A stretch of DNA of 64,000 nucleotides from Methanocellales archaeon. GTDB taxonomy: Archaea > Halobacteriota > JAWCLZ01. The stretch is taken from positions 27,880 to 91,879 of the forward strand of contig JAWCMA010000001.1 of NCBI GenBank assembly GCA_038850285.1. Direction: 5' to 3'. The notes beneath the pieces are model-generated. The model made no database searches. It worked only from the letters and a program-made list of their open reading frames with translations, and was not told where the DNA came from. The position numbers and the translations under genes are program-made. Within the stretch, counting starts at the first letter, position 1. Each line of letters opens with the position of its first letter. This document shows, one piece after another, positions 8,889 through 18,098 of the stretch.

Positions 8889-9947
8889 ATGACTGAAAAA
8901 AAGATACTCTATGCTGATTTGACTAAGAATAGCTTGAGTGTAAAAGTGGAGAAAATCGAGGCAATAGGCGGAGCTGCATTGGCATCGAGATTATTAAAGC
9001 AAGATTCATTGATATTTGCAACAGGAGTATTCTCAGGAACCCTTATACCTGCGGGAAGCGTTGTAGGTGTTTTCTCTCCAAATGGAGAGCATTACTTCCC
9101 AGGTAATTTTGGCACTCAAATGAGGCTAGCTGGTTTAGATGCCATTGTAATCAGCGGTAGAGCTGAGAGGCCAGTTGCACTTTGGATAGATGATGATGGC
9201 ATTGATATAGAGCGTGCTGATAAACTCTGGGGCCTAGATTGCTATGAAACAGTTGAGAGAATTTTAAAGGATGCAAATGACCCTACAATTGGAGTAGCAG
9301 TGATAGGCCCGGCTGGCGAGGAGCAGGTTAAATTTGCAAGCATTTACTGCGATGACCAGCTTGATATAAGTGGACTTGGCTATGCAATGGGCGCTAAACT
9401 TTTGAAAGCAGTTATTGTGAGGGGATCGAATGATGTTAAAGTAGCGCATGGAGATGATTTGATAAAGGCTATTTCAAAGAAAGAAGTGCCAAGTAAAATC
9501 AGAAAGGATTTAATTGCTAAAAAACTTCCCAAGAATAGCTCTTGCTTGCAGTGTAATATTGCATGTCGAGAGGTATTCAAGGCAAATGGATCGATAACAG
9601 CCATATTCCCAGAGGAAGCTGAAGCATTCAACGGGTACAAGGCTGAAGAAGTGATTGAAGCAATTGCTCTATGCAAGCGACTTGGACTTAATCCAATTTA
9701 CACTGGCGCTCTAGCTAGGGCAGTGAAGGCTGAGAAACTGAGTGAATTCATAAAGAGCCTTGCTGTTAAATCAGAAGCAGAAAAGGCGATAAAGGCAGTT
9801 AACATAAAAATAGAAAAACCATTGCCTGGAAAACTTGATAAATTATTTAATTCTCTAATGATATGCAAGCGCGCACCTTATGATGGAGACGAGCTTGCAA
9901 AGCTATACAAATTTGTGACTGGCGAAACGATGCCAAGGGAAGGGTGA
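8889..9947 (+). CDS. Truncated aldehyde:ferredoxin oxidoreductase-like protein: AOR domain 1 plus a CxxCxxxC motif, with the tungstopterin-binding domains missing (BamB-like position)
   Basis: The likely start is MTEKKILYADL at 8889; the ORF-track start at 8862 is a TTG. Residues 1-200 align with AOR domain 1 (AGLDAIVISGRAERPVALWI, IGPAGEEQVKFASI, GAKLLKAVIVRGS). The motif CLQCNIAC resembles the AOR [4Fe-4S] ligand motif. The protein is only about 350 aa, against about 600 aa for a full AOR. Confidence 0.65.
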   Translation: MTEKKILYADLTKNSLSVKVEKIEAIGGAALASRLLKQDSLIFATGVFSGTLIPAGSVVGVFSPNGEHYFPGNFGTQMRLAGLDAIVISGRAERPVALWIDDDGIDIERADKLWGLDCYETVERILKDANDPTIGVAVIGPAGEEQVKFASIYCDDQLDISGLGYAMGAKLLKAVIVRGSNDVKVAHGDDLIKAISKKEVPSKIRKDLIAKKLPKNSSCLQCNIACREVFKANGSITAIFPEEAEAFNGYKAEEVIEAIALCKRLGLNPIYTGALARAVKAEKLSEFIKSLAVKSEAEKAIKAVNIKIEKPLPGKLDKLFNSLMICKRAPYDGDELAKLYKFVTGETMPREG

Positions 9948-9952
9948 TAAAT

Positions 9953-10411
9953 ATGGGGACTAAATTTTTAGCTGCAGATCCAGCGCTTTGCATTGGTTGC
10001 CACACTTGCGAGCTGGTCTGCTCATATAAAAAAGAAAATGTTTTCAATCCCAAGAAAGCGCGAATTAAAGCAGTTAGCATACCTCCGCTTACAAGTGCTC
10101 AAGCGTGCAGACTTTGCAAACCAGCACCTTGCTTGATAAAATGCCCTAGAAGAGCAATTACTCAAGATGAGAAAACTCTGGTTATAAAAATAAATGAAGA
10201 TAAATGCGATGGCTGTGGTTGGTGCGTTGAAGCTTGTGAATTTGGAGCCATGTCCATGCATCTTGATAGAAAAAAGGCATTTGTCTGCGACCTATGCGAT
10301 GGCAAGCCAGCTTGCTTGGAATTCTGCCCAACTAAAGCAATAGATTTTGTTAGCGAGGAAGAACTAGCACGGAAGGTTCAATCAGCGTTCAGTATAGTAA
10401 AGGGTGTTTAA
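9953..10411 (+). CDS. Four-cluster [4Fe-4S] ferredoxin (BamC-like position)
   Basis: Motifs CIGCHTCELVC, CRLCKPAPCLIKCP, CDGCGWCVEACEF and CDLCDGKPACLEFCP. The start is an ATG at 9953, overlapping the upstream stop. Confidence 0.75.
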   Translation: MGTKFLAADPALCIGCHTCELVCSYKKENVFNPKKARIKAVSIPPLTSAQACRLCKPAPCLIKCPRRAITQDEKTLVIKINEDKCDGCGWCVEACEFGAMSMHLDRKKAFVCDLCDGKPACLEFCPTKAIDFVSEEELARKVQSAFSIVKGV

Positions 10412-10413
10412 CA

Positions 10414-11556
10414 TTGATCTCTAGGGAATTTATTAAAAAGATCTCAGCTATCCCAGGCGGCGAGCAAGCAAAGATGTGCTATAAATGTGCTGAGTGTACT
10501 TCAGTTTGCCCAGTTGCAAAGGAAACCAACTATGAGTTCAAGCCCCATGTCTTGATGGGGATGATCAACTACGGCTTAAAAGACTTAATACTCCCGTATC
10601 TCTGGTACTGCATAACTTGTGGTAAATGTACAGTGCTATGCCCTCAAGGTATTAATATTCAAGAAGTGGTTAGAAGCGCTAGGACTCAAGCAGTCCAGGT
10701 ACCATATGCCCATAAGGGTATCTTTCACACCATGCATAGAATAATGGCTAGAGGAAAGGCTCCTGATAGAACAAAATGGTTTGAAGAAGCTGGGATTGAT
10801 TTAAATAAAAAAGGAGACAAGCTTTTTTTCGTGAGCTGCATTCCACTGTATGAGCTGTTCTTCACGGATTTGAACTTCGATGCAAAGGAAATGGTGAGAA
10901 GCAGTGTGAAGATCTTGGAAAAATTGAATATAAACTATCAAATATTTGCTGATGAACGCTGCTGCGGTCACGATGTTTTTTGGGCTGGTGACTTTGAAAC
11001 ATTCAAGGAATTTGCAAATGTAAATGCAAAGCTATTCAAGGAACGTGGAGTGAAGGAGATAATTACATTTTGCCCAGAGTGCTATCGAACTTTTCTTTTA
11101 GATTATCCAAGGGTAATAAAGGGCTTTGACATAAAAGTTAAACATATCACTGAAGTAATAGCAGAAGGCATAAATAGCGGTAAAATCGAAATCGCTAGGT
11201 CTAACGAAATACTCACTTATCAAGATCCCTGCCGCCTCGGCAGGCATTGTGGTATTTACGATTCTCCAAGGATTATTATGGAGAAGCTTGGTAAATTTGT
11301 TGAGATGAAGAATACCAAGGAAAAAGCAGACTGCTGTGGGATAAGTGCTTGGCTTAGCTGCGAGCCTGAGACCAAGATATATAGGGAGCAGCGGTTGAGG
11401 GAAGCGAGGGAAACAGGTGCGCAAACATTGGTTACTGCTTGCCCCCACTGCTTGATTCATTTCTCTTGTTCAATCTGCGAGGACCAAAAGATACCAGTGC
11501 AGCATAACATCAAAGTTAAAGATATAGTTACACTTGTAGGGAGGCAGATGAAATGA
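10414..11556 (+). CDS. HdrD-like Fe-S protein: two [4Fe-4S] motifs plus two CCG domains (BamD-like position)
   Basis: 380 aa. The N-terminus has CAECTSVCP and CITCGKCTVLCP. The CCG signatures are ERCCGHDVFW...FCPECY and DPCRLGRHCG...DCCGISAW...CPHC. The TTG start is uncertain. Confidence 0.75.
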   Translation: MISREFIKKISAIPGGEQAKMCYKCAECTSVCPVAKETNYEFKPHVLMGMINYGLKDLILPYLWYCITCGKCTVLCPQGINIQEVVRSARTQAVQVPYAHKGIFHTMHRIMARGKAPDRTKWFEEAGIDLNKKGDKLFFVSCIPLYELFFTDLNFDAKEMVRSSVKILEKLNINYQIFADERCCGHDVFWAGDFETFKEFANVNAKLFKERGVKEIITFCPECYRTFLLDYPRVIKGFDIKVKHITEVIAEGINSGKIEIARSNEILTYQDPCRLGRHCGIYDSPRIIMEKLGKFVEMKNTKEKADCCGISAWLSCEPETKIYREQRLREARETGAQTLVTACPHCLIHFSCSICEDQKIPVQHNIKVKDIVTLVGRQMK

Positions 11557-14516
11557 AGGGATCGGTATTAGTTATAGGTGGAGGCATAGCTGGAATGGTT
11601 GCCTCTTTAGACCTAGCTGACATTGGCTATAAAGTTTATTTAGTCGAGAAACTCCCGAGCATAGGCGGGAGGATGGCTCAGCTTGATAAAACCATGCCCA
11701 CGCTAGATTGCTCAATGTGCATTGAAGCACCTAGAATGGTGGAGGTAGCGAGGCATCCAAATATAGAGTTGCTGACCTATGCTGAGGTGAAGCGAGTTAA
11801 AGGTAAACTTGGGGATTTCAAAGTCGAGGTAATTAAGAAGTCTCGATATGTTGATAAAACCAAATGCACTGGATGTGGCGACTGCGCTCAAGCCTGTCCA
11901 GTGGAAGTGCCAAATGAATACGATGCTAATACTAAATCGCGAAAGGCAATATATATTCCATTTCCCCAAGCTGTTCCAAATACATATACCATTGATATGA
12001 AGCACTGCATCAAATGCTTCAAATGCGTTGAAGCATGTGGAGATAGAATGGCAATTGATTTTACAATGCAGGATGAGATAGTGGAGTTAAACGTTGGTGC
12101 TATAATCGTAGCCACTGGATTTGATATGTACGATCCCTCGGTGCTGCGCAATTATGGCTATGGGGTCTTGGAAAATGTATTAACAGGACTGGAATATGAG
12201 CGCCTATTAAATGCTGCAGGTCCAACTGAGGGGGTTATCTTAAGGCAAGATGGCAAGCATCCTAAGCATATTGCATTCATTCAATGCGTTGGAAGTAGGG
12301 ATAGCAAGCACAAGAAATACTGCTCGCGCTTCTGCTGCGTTTACGCTGTGAAGGAAGCAATTTTAACTAAGGAACACGATCCTGAGGCTAAATGCACAAT
12401 ATTTTACATGGACATGAGAGCTCATGGAAAAGGACAGGAAGAGTTCTACAGGCGTGCAAAAGAGGAATTTGGCATTGAGTTTATCAGGAGCAAGCCCGCG
12501 TATATAGAGCAAATTGGGGATAAACTGCGAATTACTTACGAGGACACTAGTTCAAGTGAAGTTAGAACAATGGAAGTTGACATGGTTGTGTTGGCTAACG
12601 CAATAGTACCAAGCGTACCAACCTCGCTTAACATCGAAGTAGATGCAGATGGCTTTATCTCAGAGAAACTCGGAGATCCCTCGACCACGAATATCCCAGG
12701 GATATATGCAGCTGGAGTTTCACAAGCGCCAAGAGATATATCTGATTCAGTTGCAATGGGCAGCGCAGCAGCTGGTAAGGTATCTGCGGATTTGAGAGAA
12801 GCCAGAGGTACTGAGGTAGTGAAAAAAATACTACCGCCTGAGAGAGATGTAACTCGTGAACCACTTAGGATTGGCGTTTTCCTATGTCACTGCGGTATAA
12901 ACATCGCTGGCGTCGTTGATATGAAAGCACTTGAGGAATACTCTAGAACTCTACCTAATGTTGTATTTGTCCAACGTAATCTCTACACCTGCTCTGAAGA
13001 GGGCAATCGCCAGATTAGGGATGCCATTAAAGAATATAATTTGAATCGCGTTGTAGTAGCAGCTTGCACTCCGCGAACTCATGAAGCACTCTTTAGGGAA
13101 ACATGCATGCAAGCTGGATTGAATCCCTATTTACTTGAATTCGCAAGCACTAGAGAAATGTGTTCTTGGGTGCATATGCGCCAGCCTAAGGAGGCAACTG
13201 AGAAGGCTAAGGATATAGTGAGAATGGCAGTCGCTAGAGCAGCTTTGCTTGAGCCTCAGAAGCCAGGTGTAATTCCAGTCACGCCAAAGGTAGTGATAAT
13301 CGGCGGTGGCATAGCTGGCATGCAAGCAGCCTTGGGATGCGCGAGAAATGGTTTTCAAACCTATCTCATTGAGAAAAGCGCTGAACTCGGTGGAATGCTG
13401 GCTAAGCTTCGCTCTATGGTTCCCACTTATCTTGATCCAAGGGAAATTGTGAGGGAGAAAATTGCAGCAGTGAGGCAAAATCCATTGATAAAAGTTTATA
13501 CCAATACCGAGGTCAAGAATATCTCTGGCTTCATAGGAAACTTCATAGTGGAACTCTCAAATGGCGAAAAAATTGAAGCTGGGGCTATAGTGGTTGCCAC
13601 AGGTGGAAAGGAGTGGAAGCCTGATGTATATGACTATGGCAAAAATCCAAATGTTATGACCCAGCTTGAGTTTGAAGAAGCTCTTTTAAAGGGAGAAATA
13701 AAGCCAGGTGAGAGAATTGTTATGATACAATGCGTGGGATCTAGAGATGAAAAAAGGCCTTATTGCTCGAGGATTTGCTGCGGCGTTGCAGTTAAAAATG
13801 CTCTAGAGCTCAAAAAGCGATATCCTGAGAACCCAGTTTATATATTATATAATGATATGCGAACCCACGCTAAGGGAACGGAGGAACTATATCTAGAAGC
13901 TCGGGAGAAGGGAGTGGAATTTATTAGATTTGAACTTGAGAATAGACCAACTGTTAGAGGCAATAAGGTAACGGTCTTTGATAGTTTCCTGCAAACCGAG
14001 TTTGATATACCAGCGGATAAGATAGTGCTATCCAGCGCTATAGTGCCTGATGAAAATGCACCTCAGCTTGCGAAGATGCTTAAAGTGCCTCTTGATGTTA
14101 ATGGCTTCTTCCTTGAGGCTCACCTCAAACTCAGACCTGTTGACTTCGCCACTGATGGAATATTCGTAGCTGGTGTAGCACAGAGTCCAAAGGAGTATTA
14201 TGATTCAATTTCACAGGCAGATGCAGTGGTGGCTAGAGTGGCTAGATTACTAGCTAAGCCTGAGTTTGAAACAGAAGCTATTACTTCTATAGCTATGGAG
14301 GAACTCTGCATTGGCTGTGCTCGCTGCGTTGCATGCTGCCCATATACAGCTATTACCATGGTGATGAAGAACGGGAGATATGTTTCAAGTGTTAATCAAG
14401 CCCTCTGCAAAGGCTGCGGTACTTGCGTGGCTGAATGTCCAACTGGTGCTATGAAGGCAAGGCACTTCACCACTGAGCAGATTACAAAAATGATAGATGC
14501 AGCATTGGAGGAGTGA
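11553..14516 (+). CDS. Tandem (double-FAD-domain) HdrA-like flavoprotein (BamE-like position)
   Basis: 987 aa. Order: FAD domain 1 (VIGGGIAGMVAS) with an inserted ferredoxin, then an internal HdrA N-terminal-type 4-Cys domain (VFLCHCGINIAG), then FAD domain 2 (IIGGGIAGMQAA), then a C-terminal 2×[4Fe-4S] (CIGCARCVACCP..CKGCGTCVAECP). Its start is an ATGA overlap with the upstream gene. Confidence 0.85.
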   Translation: MKGSVLVIGGGIAGMVASLDLADIGYKVYLVEKLPSIGGRMAQLDKTMPTLDCSMCIEAPRMVEVARHPNIELLTYAEVKRVKGKLGDFKVEVIKKSRYVDKTKCTGCGDCAQACPVEVPNEYDANTKSRKAIYIPFPQAVPNTYTIDMKHCIKCFKCVEACGDRMAIDFTMQDEIVELNVGAIIVATGFDMYDPSVLRNYGYGVLENVLTGLEYERLLNAAGPTEGVILRQDGKHPKHIAFIQCVGSRDSKHKKYCSRFCCVYAVKEAILTKEHDPEAKCTIFYMDMRAHGKGQEEFYRRAKEEFGIEFIRSKPAYIEQIGDKLRITYEDTSSSEVRTMEVDMVVLANAIVPSVPTSLNIEVDADGFISEKLGDPSTTNIPGIYAAGVSQAPRDISDSVAMGSAAAGKVSADLREARGTEVVKKILPPERDVTREPLRIGVFLCHCGINIAGVVDMKALEEYSRTLPNVVFVQRNLYTCSEEGNRQIRDAIKEYNLNRVVVAACTPRTHEALFRETCMQAGLNPYLLEFASTREMCSWVHMRQPKEATEKAKDIVRMAVARAALLEPQKPGVIPVTPKVVIIGGGIAGMQAALGCARNGFQTYLIEKSAELGGMLAKLRSMVPTYLDPREIVREKIAAVRQNPLIKVYTNTEVKNISGFIGNFIVELSNGEKIEAGAIVVATGGKEWKPDVYDYGKNPNVMTQLEFEEALLKGEIKPGERIVMIQCVGSRDEKRPYCSRICCGVAVKNALELKKRYPENPVYILYNDMRTHAKGTEELYLEAREKGVEFIRFELENRPTVRGNKVTVFDSFLQTEFDIPADKIVLSSAIVPDENAPQLAKMLKVPLDVNGFFLEAHLKLRPVDFATDGIFVAGVAQSPKEYYDSISQADAVVARVARLLAKPEFETEAITSIAMEELCIGCARCVACCPYTAITMVMKNGRYVSSVNQALCKGCGTCVAECPTGAMKARHFTTEQITKMIDAALEE

Positions 14517-14519
14517 GAA

Positions 14520-14939
14520 ATGAGGGAGCCGAAGATAATTGGATTGCTGTGTAACTGGTGTTCCTATGCAGGTGCGGATCTTGCTGGGGTAAGTAGATTT
14601 CAATATCCCCCTAATATACGCGTGATCAGAGTAATGTGCACGGGTAGGGTTGATCCCTATTTCGTGATCCATGCATTTGAGAGGGGCGCTGATGGCGTTC
14701 TAGTAAGTGGCTGCCACATTGGCGATTGTCACTATTTAAAGGGCAATGAATTCATGGTTCAGCGCATGGAAAACCTCGCAAAGGCATTGCCTATGATAGG
14801 TATAAATCCAAAGCGCTTCATGTATACCTTCGTCTCAGCTGCAGAGGGCAAGCGCTTCTCTGAAGTTGTAACTCAATTCGTAAAGCAAGTGAAGGAAGCC
14901 ATGCTTGAGGATGAAAAAGCTAGGGCAGCGGGTTCATGA
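14520..14939 (+). CDS. mvhD: MvhD-like [2Fe-2S] protein (methyl-viologen-reducing hydrogenase delta subunit family; BamF-like position)
   Basis: 139 aa with the motif IIGLLCNWCSYAGADLAGVS..VIRVMCTGRVD..SGCHIGDCHY. Confidence 0.85.
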   Translation: MREPKIIGLLCNWCSYAGADLAGVSRFQYPPNIRVIRVMCTGRVDPYFVIHAFERGADGVLVSGCHIGDCHYLKGNEFMVQRMENLAKALPMIGINPKRFMYTFVSAAEGKRFSEVVTQFVKQVKEAMLEDEKARAAGS

Positions 14940-15176
14940 ATCCTTGATATTTATAATATGCATCAATGGATAAGCTAATTTTTTATCATAGCTAAGTCCA
15001 GCTTTCACCATTACACTTCCAATCTTCACGGTTACCTCGACCTTTAGCATTTCTCCATCTAACTCGCAGTAGCCAAATTTATTTAGCTTTTGCATCACAA
15101 GTTTTCTATCGATATTTACTTTTATCGATTCCACGTGGGGTTGAAGAGAGATGCTCTCTTCAATTGCCTTTTGCAA
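14934..15176 (-). CDS. Hypothetical small protein (80 aa)
   Basis: An ORF only, with no recognisable motifs. It lies in a 360-nt gap between mvhD and pssA. Confidence 0.25.
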   Translation of the reverse strand: MQKAIEESISLQPHVESIKVNIDRKLVMQKLNKFGYCELDGEMLKVEVTVKIGSVMVKAGLSYDKKLAYPLMHIINIKDS

Positions 15177-15303
15177 ACTCTCAATTGTTTCAATGCTAAC
15201 TGGTGTGCCTGTGAATTGATGGTAAAGAGCACCTAGTTTTATTCCAGCTTCAAAAAGCGCCCTATCCCTATCCCTAATAATTTTATTTTTTATATTTAAT
15301 TCT

Positions 15304-16014
15304 TTATTTTTTATGTCTAATCCTCCCTACTGTTGGACTCAAGATGTAAAGAGTGATCAATGCTAGCATAACATAGGAACCAAATTGAAGCAACTGCTTT
15401 ATATCGAGATAATATCCAGTCAAAGTTAACATTAAAACAGCTCCAAGGAGAAACATCAATCTTATATCGCGAATCTTTGGATAAGTAATCCTACTTATCA
15501 TAAGATAAGATAGAATTAAAAGCAAGGGAATGATTAAGTTAATATAAGTAGAGTCTTTAAATGCGAGTACAAATAATGCAACAAATAGCCCAGCTGCAGT
15601 TATGGGCATGCCAATGAAGCTATCGGTTTTAGGCAAGATATTAAATCTAGCAAGCCTTAGCATGCCGCAGATTAAAAAAAGAGCTGAGCAAATAGCAGTT
15701 AAAACACTAGAAAGAAGGATATAGCATATAGCCACTGGAGCCAAGCCGAAGGTTATGAGGTCTGCGAATGAATCCAAATTCCCTCCAAGGATGCCTTGCT
15801 TTAATTTTCTCGCAAGAAAGCCATCTAAGCTATCTAAGCAAGCCCCGATTAATATAAAAATCGAGGCAAGCGTTGCTTGACCTCTATCCTGCGATAACAA
15901 AAAAACCGCGCTTAAGCCGAAGAGAGCATTGAGAATAGTAAACAAATCTGGGAGCCTTAAATATTTAAATAGTGCCTCCACTTCCCTCACTCCTTCTTGC
16001 AAGCACAGTTTCAC
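15304..16014 (-). CDS. pssA: CDP-alcohol phosphatidyltransferase (archaetidylserine synthase-like)
   Basis: Signature D-G-x2-A-R-x8-G-x3-D-x3-D is seen as LDSLDGFLARKL...GGNLDSFADLITFG. It is a polytopic membrane protein. Confidence 0.8.
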   Translation of the reverse strand: MKLCLQEGVREVEALFKYLRLPDLFTILNALFGLSAVFLLSQDRGQATLASIFILIGACLDSLDGFLARKLKQGILGGNLDSFADLITFGLAPVAICYILLSSVLTAICSALFLICGMLRLARFNILPKTDSFIGMPITAAGLFVALFVLAFKDSTYINLIIPLLLILSYLMISRITYPKIRDIRLMFLLGAVLMLTLTGYYLDIKQLLQFGSYVMLALITLYILSPTVGRIRHKK

Positions 16015-16582
16015 CAGCTTTAACTTTAGCCCCTGGTTTAACTATGATTGTATAACTCCTAGGAATTGTAACATCCACGCGGGAGCCAAAGCTAATCATC
16101 CCAATTCTCTGCCCCCTTTCAAGTTTATCCCCGGCTTTGACATAGCAATGGATCCTCCTAGCAAATATTCCAGCTATCTGCACCACTTCGACCTCTCCAT
16201 CACTGGTTTCCAGCTTAATTATATTCCTCTCATTATTCACAGATTCCCTTTTAAAAGCAGGTAAAAACCTGCCTTTTATATATTCCACATTTTTCACCAC
16301 GCCAGCTAATGGCGATCTATTCACGTGAACATCGTGCAGATTCATAAATATAGTTATTCTATCGCTAGCCACATCTAGTATAACTCCATCTGCTGGAGCT
16401 AACAAACCATCTCCCTTGGGATAGCGCTCCGGGTCTCGGAAGAAGATCAATAGAGAGAAGAAAAATAAAAAAGCGATTATTTCAACTAAAAAAAGAGAGT
16501 ACCAAGTCGCGATTAATGCAATAGCAATGGAAGCAATCACCCAAGGATAGCCACTTCTAGCGATTAGCGCCACTTTTAACAC
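15965..16582 (-). CDS. pssD: Phosphatidylserine (archaetidylserine) decarboxylase-like proenzyme
   Basis: 205 aa with an N-terminal TM segment and a PSD-like MISFGSRVDV self-cleavage-type motif. It lies between artA and pssA. Confidence 0.7.
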   Translation of the reverse strand: MLKVALIARSGYPWVIASIAIALIATWYSLFLVEIIAFLFFFSLLIFFRDPERYPKGDGLLAPADGVILDVASDRITIFMNLHDVHVNRSPLAGVVKNVEYIKGRFLPAFKRESVNNERNIIKLETSDGEVEVVQIAGIFARRIHCYVKAGDKLERGQRIGMISFGSRVDVTIPRSYTIIVKPGAKVKAGETVLARRSEGSGGTI

Positions 16583-17375
16583 CTCTTAATTCAACTGTAA
16601 ACATATCTATAATATTTGATATGAACTCAAGGAGCTCTGGAAGGATTTTAAAAACATAGTGTGCAATTAATATTAGGGCAGCTAGTGAGGCGAATTTTGA
16701 TATCACGTGATGCGCAATATAAAAACTCTGTTCAGCGTTGCCAAACCACTCGTATCCATATGCAATGATAACAAAGACATTGCGGAATAAATTCAATATA
16801 TAAACAACTGGCACTGAGATCAAAAAAGCAAGTACTCTATTTCGCAGGGGTGCATTAACGCAGAGTGTTAATCCTGCGAAGAGCGCCATGCTCTCAATAG
16901 CAGTGCAGGCCAATATTATCTCCACAATTTGACTATGCAAGTAAATATGAATGGGATCAAGCTTAATCGCTGGTATAGAAAAGATATTCAGCAGCAACAT
17001 AGTTTGATCTGTGACAACACTTCTAAGCCAGAAATTCAAAGGCTCGACCTCTGCGAATAAGAAATAATATAAACCACTTAATGCAGCAACTCTAGTAGCG
17101 GTGATCAAACTATCATCATTCCTCTTCTCAGAGTAAGCCTTGTAGGAGAAACAGGCTATGCCAAAGCAGAAAAAAGCACCCAGTAGAGTTAAAACTGCGT
17201 TGAAATAATCACCAAGGTATAGGAATTTAAATGGCTGAGTTAACCAGTAGACACCATATAGCATCCAAGCTAAACCAGCGATGGAAATGATATTCAAGAT
17301 CGAGGCTATTACTAGCAAGCTCATTACTAGCCAGAGTAATACTACGATCATCTCTACCTGAAAAATATAGTCCAA
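16557..17375 (-). CDS. artA: Archaeosortase (exosortase/archaeosortase family, ArtA-like)
   Basis: 272 aa polytopic membrane protein with a conserved Cys in ACTAIES and an Arg in LNLFRN. It is encoded next to pssA/pssD, as in Haloferax. Confidence 0.6.
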   Translation of the reverse strand: MDYIFQVEMIVVLLWLVMSLLVIASILNIISIAGLAWMLYGVYWLTQPFKFLYLGDYFNAVLTLLGAFFCFGIACFSYKAYSEKRNDDSLITATRVAALSGLYYFLFAEVEPLNFWLRSVVTDQTMLLLNIFSIPAIKLDPIHIYLHSQIVEIILACTAIESMALFAGLTLCVNAPLRNRVLAFLISVPVVYILNLFRNVFVIIAYGYEWFGNAEQSFYIAHHVISKFASLAALILIAHYVFKILPELLEFISNIIDMFTVELRGVKSGANR

Positions 17376-17426
17376 TGTAATATATCTATTCCTGTGTTAT
17401 TATGGAATATCTATTCCTGTGTTATT

Positions 17427-18098
17427 ATGGAAAAATCAGAAAAAAATTATAATCTATATCCCCTGTTATTTTCCCTTTGGATGATGGATCTCCATATTCA
17501 CTCCTCCCTCTCGGATGGCAAAGCAGGGATATATGAAATACTAGAGGAAGCGGAGAGGAAAAAGCTAAGCCTAATTGCAATAACAGATCACGGCCCTGGA
17601 CACGTTTGCGGAGCCACTAATAGAGAGCTGAGAAAGCTAGCTAGAGAACTCAAAGCAATTAGAAATTCCTATAGAGTAAAAGTGTTAATTGGTGTTGAAG
17701 CGGAGATTGACGAAGATGGATCAACAAATTTAGATGAAGATATAGATTTTGATGTCATACTGGCCTCGATACATAGAGCTGTGGGTGTAGAAGACTACTT
17801 CACGCGACTAAAACTCGCGCTTGCTAAATCTAGAATCGATGTACTTGCCCACCACGGCTTATATCTACCTCAAATAGATGCTAGTTTAAATCAAGAATTA
17901 GTTGAAATACTCAAGGAGAAAAAAGTGGCAGTTGAGATAAATTCATTTCACAGACTCCCTGACCTTGATTTCCTAGCCATGTGCGCTAGAGCTGGGTTGA
18001 AATATACCATTGGCAGCGATGCACATTCACTTGAGAGAATAGGCGATGTAGCTTGGGGGGAGAAAATTGGCAAGAAAATCTTTGAGGATTTGAAATGA
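17427..18098 (+). CDS. PHP-domain phosphoesterase
   Basis: DLHIHSSLSDG and ITDHG PHP motifs. The ORF track starts at a GTG at 17394; an ATG lies at 17427, and the true start may be MMDLHIHS at about 17481. Confidence 0.7.
   Translation: MEKSEKNYNLYPLLFSLWMMDLHIHSSLSDGKAGIYEILEEAERKKLSLIAITDHGPGHVCGATNRELRKLARELKAIRNSYRVKVLIGVEAEIDEDGSTNLDEDIDFDVILASIHRAVGVEDYFTRLKLALAKSRIDVLAHHGLYLPQIDASLNQELVEILKEKKVAVEINSFHRLPDLDFLAMCARAGLKYTIGSDAHSLERIGDVAWGEKIGKKIFEDLK

Noticed and set aside
8889-9947. Truncated AOR-like gene considered as a pseudogene fragment
   Set aside because: It was not called a pseudogene. The frame is intact from ATG to a stop that overlaps the next gene's start (translational coupling), and a Cys-ligand motif is retained. 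It is more consistent with a functional mini-subunit, though this needs checking.
9264-13478. Minus-strand ORFs 9264..10261, 11098..11460 and 11712..13478 within the Bam-like operon
   Set aside because: They are antisense to well-supported plus-strand Fe-S/flavoprotein genes. They are spurious.
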